From contig NW_018408321.1 in assembly GCF_002113885.1 (NCBI RefSeq), forward strand, positions 860,163 through 923,247: DNA of 63,085 bases, in the 5' to 3' direction. The notes beneath the pieces were generated by a model. The model saw only the letters and a list, made by a program, of their open reading frames with translations. It searched no databases and was not told the origin of the DNA. This DNA comes from Mizuhopecten yessoensis. Its lineage: Eukaryota. Shown here in pieces: positions 46,302 to 58,300 of the stretch (the first letter of the stretch is position 1; the number at the start of each line of letters is the position of its first letter). The translations under genes were made by a program, and so were the position numbers.

Positions 46302-49300
46302 TCACAAAATCTGACATGACTTGGAGGTTTTTGTGTTGTTTGCTGTCTTTTCAATTTTTGGTTTATCTTGTACAGTGTGGGTTTCAGATTTTTCTGGTGT
46401 CAAGACTGTGTTGTTTTTGGATTCAGAGCTTCTTTGGGTTTCTGTGGTGGGACCTCCATTTGGTTTAGAATGGTCAGGTTCCACAGGCCCAGGTTTTGAA
46501 TGAACAGATTGTTCCTCTGTTACTTTGCTGGTCACAACATCTGTTGGTTTTGGAACTGTCTCTGTTGTTGTGACAGACTTATCCTCTGTTGGTTTTGAGA
46601 CAGTCCCTGTTGTGGCAGTTTTATCCTCTGTTGGTTTTGAGGCAGTCTCTGTTGTAGTCGAGTTTTCCTCTGTTGGTTTTGAGACTGTCCCTGTTGTGGC
46701 AGACTTATCCTCTGTTGGTTTAGAGACAGTCCCTGTTGTGGCAGTTTTATCCTCTGTTGGTTTTGAGTCAGTCCCTGTTGTGGCACTCTTATTCTCTGTT
46801 GGTTTTGAGACAGTGCCTGTTGTGGCAGACTTATCCTCTGTTGGTTTTGAGACAATCCCTGTAGTTGTGGCAGGGTTATTTCCTGTTGTTTCGGAGCCTT
46901 TTTGATTCTGTATTTCCTGACTAGACTGACCCTCCTTTGTCTCTAGGACTAATTCATTCACCTGTTATTAAAATGAAACTGACAATTGAAAATGCATGTT
47001 AACCTGAATTCAATACATTTAATGCTGAAACCAACATCATAAAATGACAACATTTTCAGTACCACAGTTTTATAAAATGGATGATATATATAATGGGTTT
47101 TTTATGACATTTACCATGCAGATTCATTTTCAAACGAAAGAAATAAAGATAAAATGATCACACAATATATTTATATTTTTTTCATAAATAAAGATTCATG
47201 TTAAAGACATAATGAAAAATATTAACAGACATTATTTTAAAAGAAACAATTAAGCTAGAAATAATAATCCATTCAATTTCTGTCGATCATTAACATCGCT
47301 TTTCCTGACTTCAAACAATCATTTACCCATATGACTTTAAAGAGAACCTGTGTATTTTTTTTCTTTTGTGCTTTTGTACATCAATATCTTAAAAAAAGGC
47401 CCATAGGGTCTGTATTGCTCACTTGGATATATAAGCAATCATTGAAAACATATTCTTATTAAAAGCAAGTCTCCAGAAGTGGAGCAAAATTGCAGGGCTG
47501 AATCCTGGTGTCATGATTGTAATAGTTTGTTCATGCACAGCAAGCACATCTATGGTTATAGGATGGGGATCACAACTGTTTTGACCTAAGTTATGACTCA
47601 AGGACTATTTAGACTCAAGGGTGGGGCTAATCCCTATAGCATGACTGTATTTGTATATGGTGATTGGATGGGGATCACAACTGTTTTGACCTAAGTTATG
47701 GCCCAAGGACTACTTAGACTCAAGGGTGGGGGGCTAATCCTGATAGCATGATTGTGTTTGTATATGGTTATTGGATGGGGATCTCAAACCCAGGGACTAA
47801 GTTCAAACATCAAGAGTAGGACCCTGAGGCCAATTCTGATAACATGATATTGTGTTTGTCTCTCCATGCCTATGAATGTCATGCATGTAAACTATATGGT
47901 TATGAGGGTAAAGATCATGACTTGTTTCTGTGATAATTTATGACCCTGGGACTTTTAGGTCCCCACAGACAGATCATAGTGTCAATCCTGGTAGAAAGAT
48001 TGTGTTTGTATCTTCAGGCCTGTTAAGCAGGTACCCTTCTATTTTTTTTATTGTCATCATCTAAGGATGCTTTCAACTTAATACAAGAGGCCCAAATGGC
48101 CTGTATCGCTCACCTGGATATCTAAGCAATCATGGCAAAATATTCCCCAAATGAGATCCAAGGGAATATGCCAGACCCCATGGCAAGGCCTATCCTTGTA
48201 GCATATCTGTATTGGATTTTTCATGGCCAGCAATTTTATGTATGGTTATGGGGTGGGGATCTCAACTGTTTCCAAGCTGTGACTCAGAAACAAGGTCCCT
48301 AGGGTTGTGGCCAGACCCAAGGATCAATTTTAATGTCATGACTGCATTCGTCTCTTTTTGCCCAGCATTTGTATTTATAGGTTTGGGGTGGGGATCTCAA
48401 CCGTTTCAAAGTTATGACCCAGGGGTTAAGTCTCCAAGGGTTGGGCCAGACCCTAGAGCCGTCCTGGAAGCAAGTGTGCATTCTTCTCTTTATACTCAGC
48501 AATTGTATATATGGTTATACGGTGGGGATCTCAACCATTTCCAAGTAATACACTTATTTTGGCCCCACCATTTGTACAATTTTGAATCCCTGCCTCCCAT
48601 AAATGCTTCCGACCAAATGTGATCGATATCCATGGCATAGTTCTGCAGAAGAAGTTGCTTAAAGCAATATAGACAAATTGCCCCCTTTTGGCCCCACCCC
48701 TCAGCCCCCTGGGGGGTCAGCCCCACTATTTGTACAATTTTAAAATCCCCACCACCTAGGGATTCTTCTAGTAAAATTTATTTAAATTCCAATCAATGGT
48801 TAAGAAGAAGAAGTCGTTTAAAGAAATTGTTGATGGATGGATGACGGACGACGGACGGACGCCACGGTATAGCATAAGCTCACCTTGGTCCTTCGGACCC
48901 GGGGAGCTAAAAAGAGTTCTTGTAGAATACCCAGAAATGTCATCTGAAACATTTGACAGATTGATGATGAATAATTGACTTGAGAATGGCAGGCTGTAGT
49001 ACGGTATAATTTCACCTTGGTACTTCAAACCAGGTGTGCTAAAAATACAAATTAATATACTTCCTTGGTCATTTGTGGGAAATATACATGCTTATATCAA
49101 AAGTACACATAAATGATAAAACAGTCATGGCCTGACATACATGTCACCACTAGTATACCTTCCTTCCTAGGTAGATCATTATAAAGATAATATAACTTCC
49201 TTCCTAGCTAGGTAGATCATAATAAAGATAGTATAACTTCCTTCCTAGGTAGATCATAATAAAAAGAGACAATGTTCATCACATTATATGTTAATAGAAC

Positions 49301-52300
49301 AGGGAAATATTTTAGCAAAAATGCTTCGGGATCAAAATCTCTTGGAAAATTCATATGATGAAAACAAAGGGTGAGGGATTAAGAAGAACTGAGGTAAGTA
49401 TTGTTTAAACCTAACAGGAGAGTGGGTAGCTTCCATGATATATAAGCTCTGATAGTTTTACTTGCCTTGATGAGATGTATGTCTGTGCTGTCTGTATCCT
49501 CCTGTAGCTCCTGTTTCACCTTAAGGAGGTTCAGAAGCATTGGTTCTGCCTGCTCTGATGCCTCCTCTTTATCTCTGAAAAAAAATCAGCAGAAACTTAA
49601 TTCAAATACCTTAGACGAAACCCAGATCTTCATACGCCTGTGAAATATCACAGGGGCACACAACTACTAAAACTATTGCATTTGTTAGACTTTCAGCTGG
49701 TGGATACGTACTATTCAGCGACTGAAAGTCTTACAAAAGCAATATTTTTAGTAGTTGCGTGCCCCTGTGGTAATCTATTTTTTAAGGTTAGTCCATTAAT
49801 CTATTGTTGAGAAATCATGACCACAAAGATTTGTAAAGAAGTTCTCTTTATTTTCATGTAATTTTGAGCTAATAAAACCTACATGGCACACCCATAGTGT
49901 AAATTTGATAAGTAATATATATTGGGAAAATTTGGTCCAGTCAAACTTTTGCCTTGCACCCATAAAATCTATTTTCGCTAATTGTTAATTTCATCCATCA
50001 CATTTGATTACATCTCTACTAATACTTATAATGTTGTTTACAAATGCCCGGTGTAGTGATAAATTAGCTCTCATTACAGAGAGCAAAAAGCTGAAAGTTT
50101 TACTGCAGCGAAAAACCTCCTGGTATATACTTAGTATCACTCTACTAGTCGGACAAATGGACAAACATGGACAAATCAATGCAATATGCCCACTTTTCAG
50201 CGTAAAATTATCAACAATCCTGTGAACCCTTAATCCAGTAAAATTATTGCCGTCAATATATGACCATGTTGTTCAGAACTTATTTCATCAGCTATATCAG
50301 TATAAGGTGCATACTGATCTTCAAGTATTGAAGTTTTGGGGTTGACTTATACCAAACACTCATTAATGACAAGAGGCCCAAGGGCCTTAGCGGTCACCTG
50401 AGTTATATTATAGGTACTGGTAGCTTTATTTTATTGTTTAGATGTGATGTGGAAATCAGCATGTAAACTAAGTGAAATACAATACTTGTCATGTCATCAA
50501 AGGATAAGAATTTGAAAATATTGGTAAATGTTCCCTTTGGGGCCCCACCCTAGCCCCTGGGGATGGGGCAGGAATCCCAATTTTACAAAGAAATACTCTC
50601 ATTCACCAAAGATGATTCTGACTAAGTTTGAGTAATTTTCTGCTGAAAATGGATGAAATATACCCAAAAGTGTTATTTCCCAATATAAACTATAGTAAAC
50701 TTTACCCCCTTCCCAAGGGAGAACAGATAGCTCAGGGGTCCTGAAATTTACAATTTAAGTAAAGCCCCTGATGATCTTTCTTTCCATGCAGAGAAAATGA
50801 CTGTAGACTAGTACCTCTGAGTCTTGAGAAGATTTTTTTTGATATATTGGTTAATTTTCCCTTTGGGGCCCCGCCCTGGCCCCTAGGGTTGGGGTAGGAA
50901 TTTAAATTTTACAATTTGAAACCATCTTCACCCAAGGATAATTCTCACCAAGTGAAAATAATTTCCTACAGAAAGTTGTCAGAATATACCCAAAAGTGTT
51001 ATTTCCCTATATAAACTATAGTAAACTTTACCCCCTCCCAAAGGGAGAACAAATAGCTCGGGGGTCCTGAAATTTACAATTTAAGTTAAGCCGCTGATGA
51101 TCTTTTTTTCCATGCAGAGAAAATGACTGTACCTCTGAGTCTGGAGAAGAAGATTTTGAAATATTGGTTAATTTTCCTTTGGGGCCCCACCCTGGCCCCA
51201 GCGGTTGGGGTAGGAATCCCAATTTTACAATTTTGTAGCCTCATATACCAAGGATGATTCTGACCAAGTTTGAAAATAATCCATCCACTGGTTCTTGAAA
51301 AGAAGTTGAAAATGTAAAAAGTTTACAGACGACAGACGTAAAGCGATTAGAATATGTCACTTGAGCAAAGCTCAGATGACCTAAAAATAGTCAATTTTCC
51401 CAGCTTCACTGCATGCTTTATCATTATCCAAAGTAAGTGACATCAGCTCAATCTACCAATTTTAAACTTACGTTCGTAATATTTCGTCCATCACATCATC
51501 TGCAACCTTGACCATAGCGAGATAATCGTTGTAGCTACAGGAGAAGGTCCCACTCATGTCAACCACCTTTGAAATGACATACTTCCTCATCTTGTCTGCT
51601 TTGTCACCACCCCTGTTTTTGACATAGTCATACCAAATTCTGTCCTTGAAATTTGCTGCCATGGGAAGAAGTTTCAGAAAGCTGTGTTCACCAGGCAGGT
51701 CCATAGTCTGGACAAAGTGTACAACACGTCTACCCTTCAGTAGTCGCTGGCGACAGAGAGCCAGGTGGAGATTCTGCATGTGTTCTTCTGAACTAACAAA
51801 CTCCTCTGATAGGAAGAGTACAATTGCACGAGCCGTGTCAATGTCTTGGAGAAGTGACTTGTTTCGTTCCCACAGAAATCTGACCTTCAGTTCGGGATGA
51901 AGGTTATCTAGTACATGGTTCAAAACCATGGCACAGTAAGTCGCATCACCAGCAAAGCCAATGGCCACATCACATTCTTGCTTGTCTTGGTCCTCAGGGC
52001 TGGCTTTCACTTCTGGCAGAGCACTTTTACGATAAATTGTGAAATCCTTTACGTGTAATTTGTAGTTGGTTGCCACATATCTGGTTCTTATCGTCTCGAA
52101 AATGTCTTTGTAGTTTACACCTTTTAATTCCTACAACAAATAAAATAAAATCTTATAAGTAATAATTACGTTATCATGCAAATTACCCAAAAATACTTTT
52201 TAGTACAATTTACCAGCAATGAAATTATCATCAGATAATTAGAATTTTAAGCAAGCGAGTACACCAGAAAACCCTACAAAATTATGTGAAGAAAATCAAT

Positions 52301-55300
52301 ACTACTGCTTTATACAGTAGTGGTAGCCATCTTTAAACTGACATTTGCATAAATATCTTCCTATATTTACAACTTACCTTCTCCAACACATTGAAGTGCC
52401 CCTTTTCTCCAGTTTGAAGCCAGTTTATAACCATCTTTAAGATAAAATCCACAGCACCAGCAAAGTTGTCTCCCCTACCATCCACCATGTCGACTTTACA
52501 GAATCCTGCATGGGGGGTTGACGACAGATCTTCTATACAAACTGGTAAAAACAGGATCTTAGTTGGCTGCAATAACAAATAAAATCATGTCAGTGTATTA
52601 CAGGAGTAACAGAACGGATAAAATTAACTTCAAATTGTTTGGTAATTTATAAGACTCTATAAGATCAAGTTCACACATGTTAAAAGCAATCACATTCTTG
52701 TAGTTAAGTTAATATTACTTGTGGATGAAGGCAGAACCGACTTGTATGAAGATCACTGGATCATTATGTAAAATACATTGACAACCAGGTTTAATATGGT
52801 GCTAAATGCTAATGTCTGACCCTGCCATGAAAATCTTGTTTCGATAATTTCCTTGTCCCGGCCAAATGACAGTGCTGCTTGGTCTGACCTCTATCTTTCA
52901 ACCTGTCTGGGTTGGGTGACCCTACCAGGAGCACAAAGCCCCAACCAGCATAGCTATCAAGGTCATTGAGGTACTCACCCCTCACCATGGACAGCGATTA
53001 GGGGGATGTTGATATATAAGATGTTTATAGTTTATTCCCAAAACTAGTTACCATTGTAACAATTGGACTTGTTGAAGGGTACAGTTTTTTGGACTTGTTG
53101 AAGGGTACAGTTTTTTGAACTTATTGAAGGATACAGTTAATTGGACTTGTTGAAGGATACAGTTTTTTGGACTTGTTGAAGGGTACAGTTTTTTGAACTT
53201 ATTGAAGGATACAGTTTATTGGACTTGTTGAAGGATACATTTTTTTGAACTTATTGAAGGATACAGTTTATTCACAAAACTATATAACAATTGGACTTGT
53301 TGAAGGATCTTAAGTCAGAGTTTTAGATATAATATTAATTTGATTTCTATAGACAACAGAATCTTCAAGTGTGATAGAAACTCAATTTTTATGTTTCAAG
53401 TCATTTAGATCAACCAATGGAAATGCTGAAACAGTGAAAATCAACTACCCAATTTTCCCTTTACCAATAGTGATTACGTGATGTCACAAAAATGAAATTA
53501 GAGTTGTGAAAACGTTGTGTTAGGAACCTACATCAATGAGATGTCGCAGTAGGGCGATGTTGTACTCCTCCTGACAAATCAGAGAAGATACATAGGTCTG
53601 GGACACGAGGGCAATAACGCACCGCGCCCCATCCACCGAATCATACAGGGTCTTCTGCCACATACTCCCTGAGGAAAGAATAGACCCATACACATTAGAA
53701 TAGGCATGTGTCACATACTTACAATAATATACTTACAGAGAGGTAGAATATCTCAATATAGGACATACACAAAATATGCAATAACAGGTAAGAAATACTG
53801 TGAAATATTTTCTAAGAACTATGAAACACTGGTAACACTGATAGCCCCCATCCTATTCCCAGCCTACCATTCCTGATAAAATGGTGGAGCATATAAAACA
53901 AACATTTCTATTTCATATAAAGGTCAAGGTCACCATAAATATCAGATTCTATCAGAGAATCCTTAGACGGACGATCGTCTGTTATCAGAGAGGACTTACA
54001 TTTGTAACTATATATATTGGTTTTTATGAGAAGCAATGTAAATAATTCATTTCCAAAAGAATTTCTTATGATTTCTTTTCCAGAAAACAATGGCCAAGAT
54101 TTGTCAGATACCTCAACCAACTGAACAACAAGCACACAATGACTTCAGCTATTGTAAATTGAACAATATATAAACAACAAGCTCACAATGACGTCAGCTT
54201 TGGTAAACTGAACAATATATAAATAACAAGCACACAATCACTTTAGCTATTGTAAATTGAACAATATATAAACAACAAGCTCACAATGACGTCAGCTTTG
54301 GTAAACTGAACAATATATAAATAACAAGCACACAATCACTTTAGCTATTGTAAATTGAACAATATATAAACAACAAGCTCACAATGACGTCAGCTTTGGT
54401 AAACTGAACAATATATAAATAACAAGCACACAATCACTTTAGCTATTGTAAATTGAACAATATATAAACAACCACCACCCAATGACTTCAGCTATTGTAA
54501 ACTGAACAATAAATAAACAACCACCACACAATGACTTCAGCTATTGTAAACTGAACAAGATATAAACAACAAGCACACAATGACTTCAGCTACTGTAAAC
54601 TGAACAATATATAAACAACCACCACACAATGACTACAGCTATTGTAAACTGAACAATATATAAATAACAAGCACACAATCACTTTAGCTATTGTAAATTG
54701 AACAATATATAAACAACCACCACCCAATGACTTCAGCTATTGTAAACTGAACAATAAATAAACAACCACCACACAATGACTTCAGCTATTGTAAATTGAA
54801 CAATATATAAACAACAAGCTCACAATGACGTCAGCTTTGGTAAACTGAACAATATATAAATAACAAGCACACAATCACTTTAGCTATTGTAAATTGAACA
54901 ATATATAAACAACCACCACCCAATGACTTCAGCTATTGTAAACTGAACAAGATATAAACAACAAGCACACAATGACTTCAGCTTTTGTAAACTGAACAAT
55001 ATATAAACAACACGCACACAATGACTTCAGCTATTGTAAATTGAACAATATATAAACAACCACCACCCAATGACTTCAGCTATTGTAAACTGAACAATAT
55101 ATAAACAACACGCACACAATGACTTCAGCTATTGTAAACTGAACAATATGTAAACAACAAACAATAGGCAAATCTATTATAATAGTCATACAAAATTCCC
55201 ATTTTATTTCTTTAGTCTTGTTTGAACAGTTTTTATCTAATACAGGTACTTTTTGTCTGGTACCATGGTAAGTTGTACACTACTGACTAGTGAGTGTACA

Positions 55301-58300
55301 GTTCTGTAACATATTCTCCTTACCCATGGTCAGTTCACTTCGGTCGTAGAAGATCTTAGGTTCAGGTTTGGCCCCTAACAGCTCCTTTAGTAAATCTCCA
55401 GCCTGGTCAGGGTTTTTGTGCGAGTAGGAAATAAAGATGTCGTACTGCTTGGTCCTAGCAGGGCCAGGTAGGTCCAGGATATTGTTCTTGACTTCGTCCA
55501 TCTCTTCCTCTTGGCCAGACAACCTCTCAACTAACATGGAACAGGCATCCTGGATCTTGGTTTCTATACTGTCAGCTTCTTTACGCACTCTGTGAGGGAG
55601 ATTTGACATGTTGATATTTTTCTTCAGAAAACCTTAGGTTATCGGGTTATCTCTATATACATTCAGCAAGTACTACGTATGGCAAAATAACACTGGTAAA
55701 AATAGATAGAGAAGGGAGATAACTCACCGACAATCTTGGTACTGAACTAGAGTGATGTAGACAGGCATGGATTCCACTGTTAGAACATAGAAAGGCTGCA
55801 GAATGTTCCCCTTCCTCAAACGGTTACAGCACATAGCCATGTTAAACTGCTCTAAACACTCCGAGCTGTTCACAAACAGTGGGGTCAGCACAACAATGAT
55901 TCTACAAATAAAAACAAGAGTATAGCAAATGGAACATTTATTTCAACAATCTCAACTCTTAAGCAACTTTTCAACATTGAAGTATCACTCAGAGGTTTTC
56001 TTTAACAAAGTTGTAACACAGCTATTTACCTATCTAAGTTTCACTACATTCATATATTAATACCTTAATTGTCATTTGCTAATGATACTGGAATGCAACA
56101 TCTATCTATAATAATTAAGTGGATGAAGTGTATTTTTAAAAAGAACTTCAGTCAGAAAGCAAAAACCAAGTTATCAGGTGTAATGATCAGTAGCATACAT
56201 ATGCCCTGAATTTATGCAATTTGCACAAATATAAAGAGACTTCTGTTATTTGAACTTTCACCTCCCGTTCTGACCTTGTTCTTAGAGTGGGCCCCAGCAA
56301 CTCTGTCTGTAAATGATGTTTCTCACTTTCAAACATTGTATGATAATTCTTCGTATAAACAAAAGGAACAGTAAAAACTTGTACAATTTGTACTTAACGA
56401 GAGATGTGTGTAAGGTGAATGTGCAATACTCGGTCTATAAGTGGTCGAAATGAAATAATTAAGTTAACAAAGGTCACAGATGTTAAGGTTAAAGGTGGAG
56501 GCAAAAAGAAATGCTATGAAACTTATTTTTTGTTACTTAACCAAACTACCCATAAACTGGTAAATACAGACACAGAGCTGAATTTGCTTCCAAGGAATTT
56601 GGCCAAACTCAAGAGAATAATGCATGGCAAATCAACAGGTATATGTGTCCATGATAAAGAGAAGTAAAATAATCTACAGTAACAATGAAGTGTAAGTTAA
56701 ATAATTACTTCAAACATGAGGACATTTTCTGAAAGATTTGATCTTGCCACACTTCATCCTCCTTAAATATTTGTACATCAGCGCAAATCTTTATATCAGA
56801 TTTCTTCTTCCTGAGAGTTTTCTCAATTTTCTTACACCAATGTTTATCCGCATCTTGGAACATGATGAAAATATCAAATGTCTGTAGGTTTAGACTTTTT
56901 TCCTTCAAAAATATAAAAACGTTTTTTTTAGAATGTTATTAGGATTATGAAAATGTAACAGGAGACTGATTAATTGAATCTTTGTTATTCACAGTTTTTT
57001 TTAGTACTATGATAGATTCTTAGTAAAGATTATTCTGAATTTTTCTAAAATAAGACTGTATAATCTACCATTGAAATACCTGTAACCCTCAAGAAAACTA
57101 TGAATCCTATTACCAGGTCTATCATTGGAGTACCAACCTCAAGAAAACTACCCATCATCCTGCAAAATCTGCCATTTGAGTACCACCCTAAAGAAAATTA
57201 TGAATCATACTGCCAAATCTACCATTGAAATACCACCCTCAAGAAAACTATGCATCATACTACCAAATCTACCATTGAAATACCACCCTCAAGAAGACTA
57301 TGAATCATATTGCCAAATCTACAATTGAAATACCACCCTCAAGAAAACTATGCATCATACTACCAAATCTACCATTGAAATACCACCCTCAAGAAAACTA
57401 TGCATCATACTACCAAATCTACCATTGAAATACCACCCTCAAGAAAACTATGCATCATACTACCAAATCTACCATTGAAATACCACCCTCAAGAAGACTA
57501 TGAATCATATTGCCAAATCTACAATTGAAATACCACCCTCAAGAAAACTATGCATCATACTACCAAATCTACCATTGAAATACCACCCTCAAGAAAACTA
57601 TGCATCATACTACCAAATCTACCATTGAAATACCACCCTCAAGAAGACTATGAATCATATTGCCAAATCTACAATTGAAATACCACCCTCAAGAAAACTA
57701 TGCATCATACTACCAAATCTACCATTGAAATACCACCCTCAAGAAAACTATGCATCATACTACCAAATCTACCATTGAAATACCACCCTCAAGAAGACTA
57801 TGAATCATATTGCCAAATCTACAATTGAAATACCACCCTCAAGAAAACTATGCATCATACTACCAAATCTACCATTGAAATACCACCCTCAAGAAAACTA
57901 TGCATCATACTACCAAATCTACCATTGAAATACCACCCTCAAGAAAACTATGCATCATACTACCAAATCTACCATTGAAATACCACCCTCAAGAAAACTA
58001 TGCATCATACTACCAAATCTACCATTGAAATACCACCCTCAAGAAAACTATGCATCATACTACCAAATCTACCATTGAAATACCACCCTCAAGATAACTT
58101 TGCATCATACTACCAAATATACCATTGAAATACCACTCTCAAGAAGATTATGAATCATATTGCAAAATCTACAATTGAAATACCACCCTCAAGAAAACTA
58201 TGCATCATACTACCAAATTGATCATTGAAATACCACCCTCAAGAAGAGTATGAATCATATTGCCAAATCTACAATTGAAATACCACCCTCAAGAAAACTA

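Larger units (their letters stand above)
52400..55447 (-). other. TIR domain 2 (canonical, catalytic Glu retained)
   Basis: YDIFISYSH, IFYDRSELTMGSMW, ARCVIALVSQTYVSSLICQEEY, ILFLPVCI. Glu codon at 53567-53565. Confidence 0.9.
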
